A stretch of DNA of 64,000 nt from an uncultured Gemmatimonadota bacterium. Its GTDB lineage: Bacteria > Blakebacterota > Blakebacteria > Blakebacterales > Blakebacteraceae. Numbering within the stretch: position 1 is the first letter of the stretch; each line of letters starts with the position of its first letter. The stretch is taken from contig CAZNUA010000018.1 of NCBI GenBank assembly GCA_964576115.1, positions 1 through 64,000 on the forward strand. The letters run 5' to 3'. The translations under genes and the position numbers were made by a program. This document shows, one piece after another, positions 43,928 to 53,721 of the stretch. Under the pieces are notes generated by a model. It made no database searches and was not told the origin of the DNA. It worked only from the letters and a program-made list of their open reading frames with translations.

Positions 43928-45256
43928 ATGGCATACGACACAGCCCCGACAACCAGGATCGACTGGCGGGAACTCGCCCGTCCGATCCTGATTCTGACAG
44001 CGGTCTTTCTGCTGTTCTTTTTCCTGCCGCTGGAGAGCGTGCGTTTCCGCTCGGCCGTACTCGAAGCCCTGGCGTTGGCCCGCTGGTACGCTCGCGAGCA
44101 CGTTCTCCTCTGTCTGGTCCCCGCTTTTTTCATCGCCGGCGGCATCTCCTGCTTCATCTCCCAGGGGGCGGTCATGAAGTACCTGGGCGCCCGGGCGAAA
44201 AAGGCGCTGGCCTACAGTGTGGCCTCGGTGTCCGGTTCGATCCTGGCGGTCTGCTCCTGCACCATTTTGCCGCTCTTCGCCGGTATCTGGAAGAGCGGGG
44301 CCGGCCTGGGACCCGCCACGGCTTTCCTCTATGCCGGTCCGGCCATCAATATCCTGGCCATCATCCTGACCGCCCGCGTCCTCGGAGCCGGTCTCGGTCT
44401 GGCCCGGGCCGTTGGAGCCGTCCTGTTCAGCATCGTCATCGGCCTGCTGATGCACGCTGTCTTTCGAAGCGAGGAAGAGACCCGGGCCGAAGTGCAACAG
44501 CATCAACCCGAGATGAAACCCGAGCGCTCGCTGGGACAGAATGTGCTCTATTTCGCAGCCATGATCGGGATTCTCGTTTTCGCCACCTGGGGACAACCGG
44601 ATGAACCGGTCGGTCTCTGGCAGACGATCTGGAGCGTGAAGTGGATCGTAACCGGCTTTTTCGCCGTCGTTCTCGGGATCATGCTCATGCTCTGGTTCGA
44701 GGTTCGGCCGGGGCGGCTGGTCCCGGCCGCCGGTGCCGTTGCCCTGGCGGCAGTCCTGATTCGCGAACCGCTGATTACCTTTTCACTCGGCATCATCGCC
44801 CTGAGCTGGCTCCTGACGGTCACCCCGGGAAGGGCGCAGGAGTGGTTTCTCTCCAGCTGGGGATATGCCCGGCAGATCCTGCCTCTGCTCTTCGCCGGAG
44901 TGCTTGTCGCCGGACTCCTGCTCGGACAGCCGGGCTCCGAGGGACTCATCCCGGCCCGGTGGGTCGGCTCACTGGTGGGCGGGAACTCGCTGGCCGCCAA
45001 CCTGTTCGCCTCGGTCGTGGGAACGTTCATGTACTTCGCGACCCTGACCGAAGTGCCCATCCTCGAAGGCCTGCTGGGGGCGGGCATGGGGCAGGGGCCG
45101 GCTCTGGCGCTGCTGCTTGCCGGACCGGCTCTGAGCCTGCCGAACATGCTGGTCATTCGCAGTATCATGGGAACGAAGAAGACGCTCGTCTTTGTCGGGC
45201 TGGTGATCGTGATGAGCACCCTGGCCGGTTTGTTCTACGGACTCCTGAGCGGCTGA
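43928..45256 (+). CDS. ArsP/DUF318-family permease
   Basis: HVLLCLVPAFFIAG, AVCSCTILPLF, FLYAGPAIN, MYFATLTEVP, GPALSLP. Confidence 0.88.
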   Translation: MAYDTAPTTRIDWRELARPILILTAVFLLFFFLPLESVRFRSAVLEALALARWYAREHVLLCLVPAFFIAGGISCFISQGAVMKYLGARAKKALAYSVASVSGSILAVCSCTILPLFAGIWKSGAGLGPATAFLYAGPAINILAIILTARVLGAGLGLARAVGAVLFSIVIGLLMHAVFRSEEETRAEVQQHQPEMKPERSLGQNVLYFAAMIGILVFATWGQPDEPVGLWQTIWSVKWIVTGFFAVVLGIMLMLWFEVRPGRLVPAAGAVALAAVLIREPLITFSLGIIALSWLLTVTPGRAQEWFLSSWGYARQILPLLFAGVLVAGLLLGQPGSEGLIPARWVGSLVGGNSLAANLFASVVGTFMYFATLTEVPILEGLLGAGMGQGPALALLLAGPALSLPNMLVIRSIMGTKKTLVFVGLVIVMSTLAGLFYGLLSG

Positions 45257-45316
45257 CCGGGCTGAACGCGGGAAAAGGAAGACGCTCACACGGAGCAATG
45301 AAGGGGAGATAGACGC

Positions 45317-45568
45317 ATGGGACTGCAGGTGAAAATTCTCGGACCGGGGTGCGCCAACTGCGACCGGCTCGAAGAAATGGTCCGCGCCGTCCTGGCCGAG
45401 CTGGACATGGCCGCCGAACTCGACCACGTGCGCGATCCGATGGCGATCGCCGAGTGGGGGATGGTACAGACCCCGGCCCTGGTGGTGGGGAACCGTATCG
45501 TGTGCTCCGGTCGGCTGCCCCATCCCGAGGATATCCGCGGGTGGCTACAGGAAGCCGCGGTCCGATGA
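45317..45568 (+). CDS. Small thioredoxin-like protein (MTH895/Thioredoxin_3 type)
   Basis: KILGPGCANC, TPALVV, GRLP. Confidence 0.9.
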   Translation: MGLQVKILGPGCANCDRLEEMVRAVLAELDMAAELDHVRDPMAIAEWGMVQTPALVVGNRIVCSGRLPHPEDIRGWLQEAAVR

Positions 45569-45900
45569 GGGCGTCAGCTTCCGCGCCCGATCCCGTCCGG
45601 ATCTCCCACGAGGCCAGGCTTCTGGCCCTGCTGGGACAGTCCACCCGCCTGCGGCTGCTCTATATGCTGCGCGAGGGGGAGCGATGCGCCTGCGAACTCG
45701 ATCCAGCCATGCCGGAAGACCAGTCGGTCATCAGCCGGCATCTCATCAAGATGCGCGAGGCGGGCCTGCTCTCCTGGCGCCGGGAAGGCGTCTCGATCTA
45801 CTACCGTGTCCGCGATCAGCGTCTTTTCGATCTGCTGCAGCTCACCGACGATCTCATCCTGGGTGCGCTCGAAGAGAGCCGTGAGCACCTCAGGGGCTGA
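45565..45900 (+). CDS. ArsR/SmtB-family metalloregulator
   Basis: TRLRLL, ERCACEL, SRHL-x-x-MREAGLL, REG-x-x-IYY. ATGA-coupled to the thioredoxin. Confidence 0.88.
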   Translation: MRASASAPDPVRISHEARLLALLGQSTRLRLLYMLREGERCACELDPAMPEDQSVISRHLIKMREAGLLSWRREGVSIYYRVRDQRLFDLLQLTDDLILGALEESREHLRG

Positions 45901-45930
45901 ATTCCGGAAACCGCCGGTTGCGCTCGCCGG

Positions 45931-47556
45931 TCAGGTCTCGTAATCGAACCAGTCGAAAGCGGCAGTGTTGCTACTCTCCTGCCCACCGCCGGTGGCATAG
46001 AGACCGAAGTAGACGCCGGTGAATCCTCCGGCTACTTCCGAAGAGAGCCAGCGGCACTCGCCGGTTCCGACCGTCGTGTACGATCCACCCCCGAAACCGA
46101 TACTGAAGGTGTAGGACTGCCGGTCGGCGGTGACCTGCAGTCGGACCGTTCCCGGTTCGAGTTCCCGGACCACCGTTTCAGCCCGCAGATCACCGATTCG
46201 GCGCCGCAGAATGAGGCGGCGCCTTCCGTCGTGCCGGACCACGGCCAGATCGTAGTGATGGGATTCGTTCATGAAGACGGTCAGACCGGCCTCTTCGCCC
46301 TCCCGCTCCGGTTCGAAATTCAGGCGGGTTGAGGCCCGACAGTCGAAATGCTCCTGCCGCCGGCCGAGGAAAGCCGGGGCGCCGCCGTCGTCGAGGGTCA
46401 CCGGCTCGCAGCGCAGGGTCAGAGATCCCGGCCGCGTGGTACGTGAATACGCTCCCGGAACCGGGTTGCGGATCGTATTCCATTCCGGACCCGGCCGATC
46501 GCCGTCGAAATCGTCGCGGACCGGTGCCGCCGGCCAGGGATGGGGTTCGAGGTCCGGAGCCGTCATCTCGAACTCGAGTGCCTCGCCGCCGTTGATGACC
46601 GGCCAGCCGTCGGCGGTCCAGGTCACCGGGGCCAGGAAGGTCTCGCGTCCCAGGTGATGGTAGCCGGCCATCATCCCCATGACCTGGCGAATCCCGAGGC
46701 ACACCAGCCACCAGGAGCCGTCATGGGCCTCGAGCAGGTCACCGTGACCGACGGCCTGGATCGGGTGGGTGACCCGGTGGCGGTGAGTGAGGATCGGATT
46801 GTGGGGGCAGCTTTCGTACGGGCCGGTCACCGAACGACTGCGGGCGATGACGATCATGTGTCCCCGGTGAGTTCCCCCCTCGGCCGCCAGCAGGTAGTAG
46901 AAGCCCTCCCGTTGGTACAGATGCGGGGCTTCGACGTAGGGGTCCTCGAGACCGGTGAAGATCAGGTGCGGCTGCCCCAGAAGTTCGCCCCGTCCGGGAT
47001 CGAGCCGCCGGGTGACGATCCCCCCCCGCTCCCAGTCGTTGCGGGTGAACCAACAGGTGCCGTCGGTATCCCAGAACAGGTCGGGATCGAACTGCGGGCC
47101 GGCGACGGGAACCGGTTCCGACCACTCCCCGGCGGGATCCTCGGCGGTGACGTAGAAGTGCCCGCGCCCGCCCACCAGGGTGGTGATCAGCCAGAATCGT
47201 CCGGCGTGATGGCGCAGGGTGGGGGCGAAGATGCCGTACGAACTCCTGATGCCCTCCAGCGGCAGCTGACTCGGGCGGGTCAGCGCGTGGCCGATCGGGC
47301 GCCAGTGCACCAGGTCGCGGCTGTGGTAGAGCGGCACCCCGGGGAAATATTCGAAACTGCTGGTGGCCAGATAATACTCCCCGCCGACCCGGCAGATGCT
47401 CGGATCGGGATGGAAACCGGGAATGATCGGGTTGGTGAAGGTGGTCACGGTCTGTTCTCCGGCAGCTCGGTCCGGGGCGGGTGATCCGTGCCGCCGGCCG
47501 AGCCCCAGACCCATCATCCCGGCGGCTGAGAGCTGCAGGAAACCTCGCCGTTTCAT
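45931..47556 (-). CDS. Tat-exported GH43 glycosidase (beta-xylosidase/arabinofuranosidase) with a C-terminal ConA-like domain
   Basis: KRRGFL Tat motif. NPIIPGFHPDPS, SSFEYFPG, EAPHLY, AEGGT, GRETFL, GGFTG. Confidence 0.92.
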   Translation of the reverse strand: MKRRGFLQLSAAGMMGLGLGRRHGSPAPDRAAGEQTVTTFTNPIIPGFHPDPSICRVGGEYYLATSSFEYFPGVPLYHSRDLVHWRPIGHALTRPSQLPLEGIRSSYGIFAPTLRHHAGRFWLITTLVGGRGHFYVTAEDPAGEWSEPVPVAGPQFDPDLFWDTDGTCWFTRNDWERGGIVTRRLDPGRGELLGQPHLIFTGLEDPYVEAPHLYQREGFYYLLAAEGGTHRGHMIVIARSRSVTGPYESCPHNPILTHRHRVTHPIQAVGHGDLLEAHDGSWWLVCLGIRQVMGMMAGYHHLGRETFLAPVTWTADGWPVINGGEALEFEMTAPDLEPHPWPAAPVRDDFDGDRPGPEWNTIRNPVPGAYSRTTRPGSLTLRCEPVTLDDGGAPAFLGRRQEHFDCRASTRLNFEPEREGEEAGLTVFMNESHHYDLAVVRHDGRRRLILRRRIGDLRAETVVRELEPGTVRLQVTADRQSYTFSIGFGGGSYTTVGTGECRWLSSEVAGGFTGVYFGLYATGGGQESSNTAAFDWFDYET

Positions 47557-47574
47557 ATCAACCCGGTCGATCCT

Positions 47575-48714
47575 TCATCGCAGGGCATACCCCTCCAGCC
47601 ATTCCGAGCCCCATTTCCCGCTCCGGGTCGAGATCGTCATGATCGAGCTCCCCGGAGAGAGCCGGCGGTAGAGACTCTCGGTCACGGTTATCTTCTCGGT
47701 CTGTTGTCCCGCGCGCCACGACTGGACGATGGCGTGGTAGCTCTCGTCATCGTCGGAGGTGCTGATATACCTGTCCACGACTCTCACCTCGTGTTCGATA
47801 GCGGGCGAGGTATCGAGAGCGCCGTTGGTCCAGATCTTTACGCCGGCGCCGGCCAGCGGAAAACCGAAAAGGGCAAGCAGAGCAACCAGAAAGAACTCCC
47901 GGTGCGAGGCGGAGCGGCCTTTGAGCAGGGAGAAGGCGAAGTAGAGAAAGAGCAGGAACAGGGGGATGCTGAGCAGGAGCCCGCTCAGTGCCAGGGGCCA
48001 GCCATCGAGCGGGGTATAGGTTGTCAGACCGATCACGAGGGCCGCGACGCCGAGCAGGTCGACGGCGATCGGGATTGCGAAGGCGACCACCCGGCGGGCT
48101 TTCCAGCCCGATTCGGAGCTGGTGATCATGAAGGCCTCGGGCAGGCTGGCGTGCAGTCTGACGAGCAGCCCGGCGACCTGCTGCAGTCTAGCCCGATCCA
48201 TGTCCCGCTTGTGCCGGAAGGGCGTCCAGACCGACTTGAGCGCTTTCCGGTTCAACTCGATCGAGGTGAAGCCGAGGTCGTGAATCTCGCGGATCAACTG
48301 CCGTGTCGCCGAAGAACCCAGCACGGTTCGCATGTATTCGGTGGCGCTGCTGGTGATGTAAAAGGTCTCGTCGAACTCGGGGTCGCCGGTCTTGAGCTCC
48401 ACGTTCAGGCCGAGCTTTTCGGCGAAGCGGTCGAAACCGGACTCTCGTGACACTTTGAAGGTCACCGTCGAGGGATGAGCCACCTTGACGGTGTAGGAGG
48501 AAGGGGAGTTCTTCGAACCGGGGTGGTAGTGGTAGGAGTAGGCGACTCCGTCGTGTTCGCCGCTGCCGTTGCGGGGGAACCCCTCCTCCTCCCCGCCGCC
48601 CGCAAAGAGTCCTCCCGCCGACTGCCTCCGCTTCAGAATCACCACCAGGATGGCCGCTGTGATACCGATCGAAACGACCATCATCAGGATGATGAAGATC
48701 ATTGGATTGTCCAT
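47575..48714 (-). CDS. Hypothetical membrane protein
   Basis: One N-terminal TM, a soluble domain with TGDPEFD-x-x-F, three more TMs and a C-terminal beta-rich domain. Confidence 0.7.
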   Translation of the reverse strand: MDNPMIFIILMMVVSIGITAAILVVILKRRQSAGGLFAGGGEEEGFPRNGSGEHDGVAYSYHYHPGSKNSPSSYTVKVAHPSTVTFKVSRESGFDRFAEKLGLNVELKTGDPEFDETFYITSSATEYMRTVLGSSATRQLIREIHDLGFTSIELNRKALKSVWTPFRHKRDMDRARLQQVAGLLVRLHASLPEAFMITSSESGWKARRVVAFAIPIAVDLLGVAALVIGLTTYTPLDGWPLALSGLLLSIPLFLLFLYFAFSLLKGRSASHREFFLVALLALFGFPLAGAGVKIWTNGALDTSPAIEHEVRVVDRYISTSDDDESYHAIVQSWRAGQQTEKITVTESLYRRLSPGSSIMTISTRSGKWGSEWLEGYALR

Positions 48715-48782
48715 GACGTCGAAATCCTCCGGTTATGGATTTCGAGTATATCCGGTCCGGTCTCAGGGTGCGAGGGCCGGGC

Positions 48783-50093
48783 TCAGCCCCCGATCGCCCA
48801 GCGCACGAAGTTCTTCAGTTTCGGCGGAGTGCCCTGCATCAGGATCGCCCCCCGGAAGACCCGGCCGCTGATCCAGACCAGCAACAGGGTAAAGAGGACC
48901 GAACCGCCGAAGCCGGCCCAGACCTGCCAGCCGGGAACCCCTTCGGGGGTGGCCATGCGCATCAGCAGCAGGGTGGGGGTGAAGGGGGGGATGAGCGAGA
49001 AGAGTGTGGCGAAGGTGGCGTTGGGAGCCTGCAGGATCGGCATCGTGAAGAACAACGGGATCATGATGGGCAGCATGGCCGGGAAGGTGACGTTCTGGGC
49101 TTCCGAGGGGTCGTTGCACATCGCTCCCAGAGCGGCCAGCAGAGCGCCGTACATGAAGATCGCCACGATGACGTAGAGCAGGAACCAGGGCAGGATGTTC
49201 CAGGGGATGAACCTTTCCAGGTGGACATTGCGCAGAACCACGACCGCGACCGTGAGATAAACCGTCCAGGCCGTCAGGGCCACCGCGACCCCGCCCAGGA
49301 GCTTGCCCATCATGAAATCGAAGGGGCGGATCGAACCGAGGATCACCTCGGCGATGCGGTTGCTCTTCTCTTCCATGACCGCCTGCAGCTGCGGTACCGC
49401 CGCCATCATGATCATCAGGAACATCAGCAACATGACGGCGATCGGCACCAGGATCGTCTCGAGCTCGCTGGCCTGCTCCGCCTGGCCGATCTCGCCGGTG
49501 GCTTCGTCGGTCGAGACCAGGCCCATGCCGGCCACATCGATCCAGGCGAAGAGGTCGGGGACCTGCTCGGTATTCACTCCCGCCTCGACCAGCCGCAGGC
49601 GCCTGAGTTCGTTGTTGATCACCGAACTGAACCAGCCCCGGTTCTCGTCGATGGCCGCGTTCGGGGCATGATATCCGATCCGGTCACGTTCGCTCCCGGT
49701 GGGATGGAGCACCCCCGGGCCGATCTCGATGAAGGCGTGCAGTTCGTTACCGCGCACGCGTTCGGACAGCGCGAACCGCTGGCCGTCGGGATCGGCCTCG
49801 TCGGGCGGCACGATCTCGATCAGGTAGGCGGGCACACGGCGGTTGCTTGCTTCTGCGAGCAGGGCGGCATTGCGCTCCCCGGCTGCCGCAGTGATGACTT
49901 CGGCCATCAGGCCGGAGCGGTCGACGACGGCGAACTGCTTGTCGGCGGTATCCACCCGGCCTTCCATCAGGGCGAACACGATCCCGCTGCCGCCCATAAA
50001 GACCGGCGCGACGAGCAGGCCGATGATGAAACCCTTGGTGCGGACGGTGGCGAGGTATTCACGGCGGGTGACCTTGAGCATCTTACTCATCAT
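48783..50093 (-). CDS. ABC-2 type exporter permease (NatB/YhaP-like)
   Basis: REY-x-x-x-VRTKGF, EEKSNRIAEV-x-LGS, MMGKLLG, SLIPPFTP. Confidence 0.88.
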   Translation of the reverse strand: MMSKMLKVTRREYLATVRTKGFIIGLLVAPVFMGGSGIVFALMEGRVDTADKQFAVVDRSGLMAEVITAAAGERNAALLAEASNRRVPAYLIEIVPPDEADPDGQRFALSERVRGNELHAFIEIGPGVLHPTGSERDRIGYHAPNAAIDENRGWFSSVINNELRRLRLVEAGVNTEQVPDLFAWIDVAGMGLVSTDEATGEIGQAEQASELETILVPIAVMLLMFLMIMMAAVPQLQAVMEEKSNRIAEVILGSIRPFDFMMGKLLGGVAVALTAWTVYLTVAVVVLRNVHLERFIPWNILPWFLLYVIVAIFMYGALLAALGAMCNDPSEAQNVTFPAMLPIMIPLFFTMPILQAPNATFATLFSLIPPFTPTLLLMRMATPEGVPGWQVWAGFGGSVLFTLLLVWISGRVFRGAILMQGTPPKLKNFVRWAIGG

Positions 50094-50997
50094 CCGCCTC
50101 CTCTCCCGCTTCGGGGCCGGCAATCCTGACGAAGATGTCGTGCAGAGACGGGCTCATGATCTCGAAGAGCTCGACCCGGGCCCGGCTCACGATCTGTTCG
50201 AGCAGGGCCTGTGGATCAGCCTCCCGGCTCAGCTTCAGCTCCTGCTCGCGGCCGTAGTCGATCACCTTTTCCACCCCCGGCAGATTGTCGAGTGCTCCCT
50301 GCCCGTCACCGAGGCGCAGGCGGATGGTATCGTGGCCGTAGGTGTTCTGGATCGATTCCAGGGAGCCGTCGAGCACCTTCTGACCCCGAAAGATCATGAA
50401 GATGAAATCGCACATCCGTTCGGCCGTTTCCATGTCGTGGGTGCTGAAAATGACCGTCGCACCCTGCCGGCGCATCTCCAGGATCGCCTCGCGGATCACG
50501 TCGGTATTGACCGGATCCAGACCGGTGAAAGGCTCATCGAGGATGATGAGATCGGGGGCGGCCACGACGGTGGAGATGAACTGCACTTTCTGGCTCATCC
50601 CCTTGCTCAACTCCTCCACCTTGCGGTTGGCCCAGTCGGTCAGGTCGAGTCGCTCCAGCCAGCTGTCGGCTGCCTGCGGTACATTCCGGCCGCCTTTCAG
50701 ATCCCCGTAAAAGCAGAGCAGTTCGCGCACCTTCATGCGCTTGTACAGACCGCGCTCCTCGGGCATATAGCCGATCCGGTCGGTGGCCGCACCGGTGCGC
50801 TCGGAGCCGAAAACACGTATCCGCCCCCGGTCAGGGTAGAAGATGTTCATGATCATTCGCAGAGTGGTGGTCTTCCCCGAGCCGTTCGGTCCGATGAAGC
50901 CGTAGACCGTTCCCTCCGGAACAGCGAGGGTCAGGTCCTCGACGGCGGTCACTTTACCGAAGGTTTTCGTCACTCCTTCGATCTCGACTGCGTGCAT
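50083..50997 (-). CDS. ABC transporter ATP-binding protein (YhaQ-like)
   Basis: Walker A GPNGSGKTT, signature LSKGM, Walker B ILDEPF-x-GLDP, STH, C-terminal PSLHDIF. Confidence 0.93.
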   Translation of the reverse strand: MHAVEIEGVTKTFGKVTAVEDLTLAVPEGTVYGFIGPNGSGKTTTLRMIMNIFYPDRGRIRVFGSERTGAATDRIGYMPEERGLYKRMKVRELLCFYGDLKGGRNVPQAADSWLERLDLTDWANRKVEELSKGMSQKVQFISTVVAAPDLIILDEPFTGLDPVNTDVIREAILEMRRQGATVIFSTHDMETAERMCDFIFMIFRGQKVLDGSLESIQNTYGHDTIRLRLGDGQGALDNLPGVEKVIDYGREQELKLSREADPQALLEQIVSRARVELFEIMSPSLHDIFVRIAGPEAGEEADDE

Positions 50998-51103
50998 GCA
51001 AGACACTCCGGGCCGCGGGTGGCGGATTCCGACCTTCTCACGGGTCAGGTTCCTCTGATATACGTCAGAATAGGCACGTTCTCTTCAGGGGAATCCGACG
51101 TGT

Positions 51104-51436
51104 ATGGCAACTGAATCAGAAGTGACAATCTTCGCTCCCGGCGATTTGCCTCCCGAGGGGGAATACCGCATTCTGGCGGAGGCTGAACGGAGCTGGATCG
51201 TCGCCGTCGTTGAGGGACGCCCCTATGCTTTCCGGAATCGTTGCGGCCACATACCCCAACGGATGGACGGCGGGCGACTTCAGGGGCGGATCTGGCGCTG
51301 TCCACACCACGGCATCCGCTACGATATCGGCACCGGAGAGGTTGTCGACGATCGGGGTTTCAACTTCATCCAGCCTCTCGAGATCGTAGCCTGTGAACTT
51401 CTGGATGGTTCGCTCGTCCTGCAGACCGGGGAGTGA
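51104..51436 (+). CDS. Rieske-type [2Fe-2S] ferredoxin
   Basis: C-x-H (CGH) and C-x-x-H (CPHH), followed by YDIGTG. Confidence 0.88.
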   Translation: MATESEVTIFAPGDLPPEGEYRILAEAERSWIVAVVEGRPYAFRNRCGHIPQRMDGGRLQGRIWRCPHHGIRYDIGTGEVVDDRGFNFIQPLEIVACELLDGSLVLQTGE

Positions 51437-51492
51437 AAGAAGCATATAGACATCCCGTTCGGGATCGTCTGTGTTACCGGAGGATCTACGTC

Positions 51493-52176
51493 ATGTATCG
51501 GTATTGTCTTGCAGGCCTGATGATTGCCCTGCTCGCCGGTTGTGCGGCGCGCGGAAGGGTGCCGGCCGGTTCTGAGGCCCGGACCGGCCCGCTGGCCATC
51601 ACCCACCGGGGGCGGGGGGCCTGGATCTTCGAACGGATCGTCATCGACAGTACCGGTACGCCAGGTGCGCCCGAGATCGTCCGGATCGATATCGCCGACG
51701 GTGGAGTCCTCGAAGCGGGCCGGCCGGACGTGGAGGGTGATTGCCCCGATCCCGGAGACATCACCACTCCCGTCTGGCGGATCCGGTTCCTGACCGGCGA
51801 TGACTGCTTTCTCTTCGAAACCGAACGGGGGCTGTACCAGGCCTTCAGCCGCAGGCTCCACTCGGCCCGGCGCCTGCTGACCTCGCAGTACCGGTACGAA
51901 GTGATCTGGCGTTCAGGCGTTACCGACCTGTTCCGGATCGCCTCGATAGAGCGTGAGACCATCTTTGGTAAGGAGTACGAGGTCGTGGAGGTGTATCACG
52001 AGGCCGGTATCCGGGAACCGATCATCTACCGCTGGGCGATCGGTCTGGGACTCATCTACTACGAGCATCCGGACCACCTGGCCCGGTACTATCGCCGGTC
52101 CACCACCCGCACGCCGCAGCGCATCTGGATCAATCGTTCCCGGATTACCTACCGACTGGTCGAAATCGCCCGCTGA
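51493..52176 (+). CDS. Hypothetical lipoprotein
   Basis: Lipobox LAGC after a hydrophobic stretch. GGAGG RBS. Confidence 0.65.
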   Translation: MYRYCLAGLMIALLAGCAARGRVPAGSEARTGPLAITHRGRGAWIFERIVIDSTGTPGAPEIVRIDIADGGVLEAGRPDVEGDCPDPGDITTPVWRIRFLTGDDCFLFETERGLYQAFSRRLHSARRLLTSQYRYEVIWRSGVTDLFRIASIERETIFGKEYEVVEVYHEAGIREPIIYRWAIGLGLIYYEHPDHLARYYRRSTTRTPQRIWINRSRITYRLVEIAR

Positions 52177-52911
52177 TCAGCGCCCCCCCGAGATGATCTC
52201 GACCCTCGAGGCCATGCTGTATCCGGTCGACCCGATGTACGCGTAATAGGTCTGACCGTGACCGGTGATGGCCATCCGGTTGACCGCGAAAGTCCGCAGG
52301 TAGTAGAGCTCCGCCGGCGGATAGCCGCTGATTTCGCGTGAAGTCGTCGTACTCGGCAGCAGCCACGATTCCATTACAGAAGGATCGAGGTTGTAATTGC
52401 TGACACTGACCACGACATGAGACGCAGCGGCGGTCTCGTGAGCCAGGGTCCAGGTCAGATCGAAGGGCTGGCTGACCTGCGATTCATCCGCCGGGGCCGT
52501 AATCGTGGCCACGGCATCGGGAGTCGCAGTCGGGCCGCCGGTATAGGTCTGATCACCGATCGTGATCGAAACCGAGATCTCATCCCCGGCGTCTTGAGAC
52601 CAGTTTTCACTTTCCGGCATGTACCTCCCGACCAGGTGATAATCGCCCGGCGGGTGGTAGGTCAGAGTCACTTCATCACTGGTGGTGTTGTTGGTAACCA
52701 CCACCGTGGCGTCGGTGACGGGGGTACCGCCGGTGATGGGGTTCCAGAAGTCATCGGTCGAGGTGGTGGCATCGGTGTTGTAGATGAAGAAGGTCGGCCA
52801 GGAGAAGTAACCGACGATCTCGTACCGGCCGGTCGTCTCGTTTTTCTCACAGCCGTTCGAGAAGATCAGGACCAGGCCGAAGGCGGCGGCCAGAGCCAGA
52901 ACGCGTTTCAT
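52177..52911 (-). CDS. Hypothetical lipoprotein (beta-rich)
   Basis: MKR + hydrophobic stretch + SNGC lipobox-like motif. Thr/Ser-rich beta-strands. Confidence 0.65.
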   Translation of the reverse strand: MKRVLALAAAFGLVLIFSNGCEKNETTGRYEIVGYFSWPTFFIYNTDATTSTDDFWNPITGGTPVTDATVVVTNNTTSDEVTLTYHPPGDYHLVGRYMPESENWSQDAGDEISVSITIGDQTYTGGPTATPDAVATITAPADESQVSQPFDLTWTLAHETAAASHVVVSVSNYNLDPSVMESWLLPSTTTSREISGYPPAELYYLRTFAVNRMAITGHGQTYYAYIGSTGYSMASRVEIISGGR

Positions 52912-53081
52912 GTATCCCTCCCTTGAAGGTGCTTTCCCGGAATCCGGAAGAATGTAACAACCCGTTCCAGGAGGAGCAAACGGTATGAAAAGGCCGTGAC
53001 GGAACGATGACATCGGGGGTGGGACGTACACTACCCGGACAGGAATATGCCCCGCATCTTTTGCACTCTGGAGGTTCCCGG

Positions 53082-53651
53082 ATGGAATTCCTGCAGACCC
53101 TGCCTGTCTGGGCGGTCGCCCTCGTCATCTTCCTGTTGCGTCTGATCGATGTTCCCCTCGGGACCTTCCGGACCATCTCGGTCGTTCTGGGGCGGATCAA
53201 GATATCTGTCGTGCTCGGCTTTTTCGAAGTTGCCATCTGGGTACTTGCCATCTCCCAGGTCGTGGCCGAGATAGATCATCATCCCTTCCTGGTACTGTTT
53301 TATGCCGGCGGTTTCGCCGCCGGCAACGCGCTCGGCATCTACCTCGAACGCCGCTTCTCGCCGGGAATGTACACTGTCAGGATCATCTCCACTCAGCGGG
53401 CGCAGGAGATCATGAACGCCTTGCGGGATCACTGCGTCGTTCTGGCCCGACTCAGCGGAGAAGGCCCGCAGGGTCCGGTAAACCTGATCTACCTGACCAC
53501 CCCCCATCGCCAGATTGCCGGGGTTCTGCAAACGGCCCGCGACATCGATCCCGACCTCTTCTTTCTCATCGAGCGGGTTCAAGCCTGGAGCGCAAACCTG
53601 AAGCCGATCACCAACCCGACCGGCTGGCGGGCGGTGATCAAGAAGAAGTAA
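53082..53651 (+). CDS. UPF0316/DUF5698-family membrane protein
   Basis: RLIDVPLGTFR, LGFFEV-x-IW, YAGGFAAGN-x-LG. Confidence 0.8.
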   Translation: MEFLQTLPVWAVALVIFLLRLIDVPLGTFRTISVVLGRIKISVVLGFFEVAIWVLAISQVVAEIDHHPFLVLFYAGGFAAGNALGIYLERRFSPGMYTVRIISTQRAQEIMNALRDHCVVLARLSGEGPQGPVNLIYLTTPHRQIAGVLQTARDIDPDLFFLIERVQAWSANLKPITNPTGWRAVIKKK

Positions 53652-53721
53652 AGTCGGTTCGGATCGAGTCCGGGAGACAGAACGCAACCTGGATGCCTCC
53701 AACACGGTATGTAGGGGTGAG

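Noticed and set aside
43928-45900. ArsP-thioredoxin-ArsR module as a novel system or selenoprotein locus
   Set aside because: This is a well-known arrangement. All redox positions are Cys codons, with no in-frame TGA.
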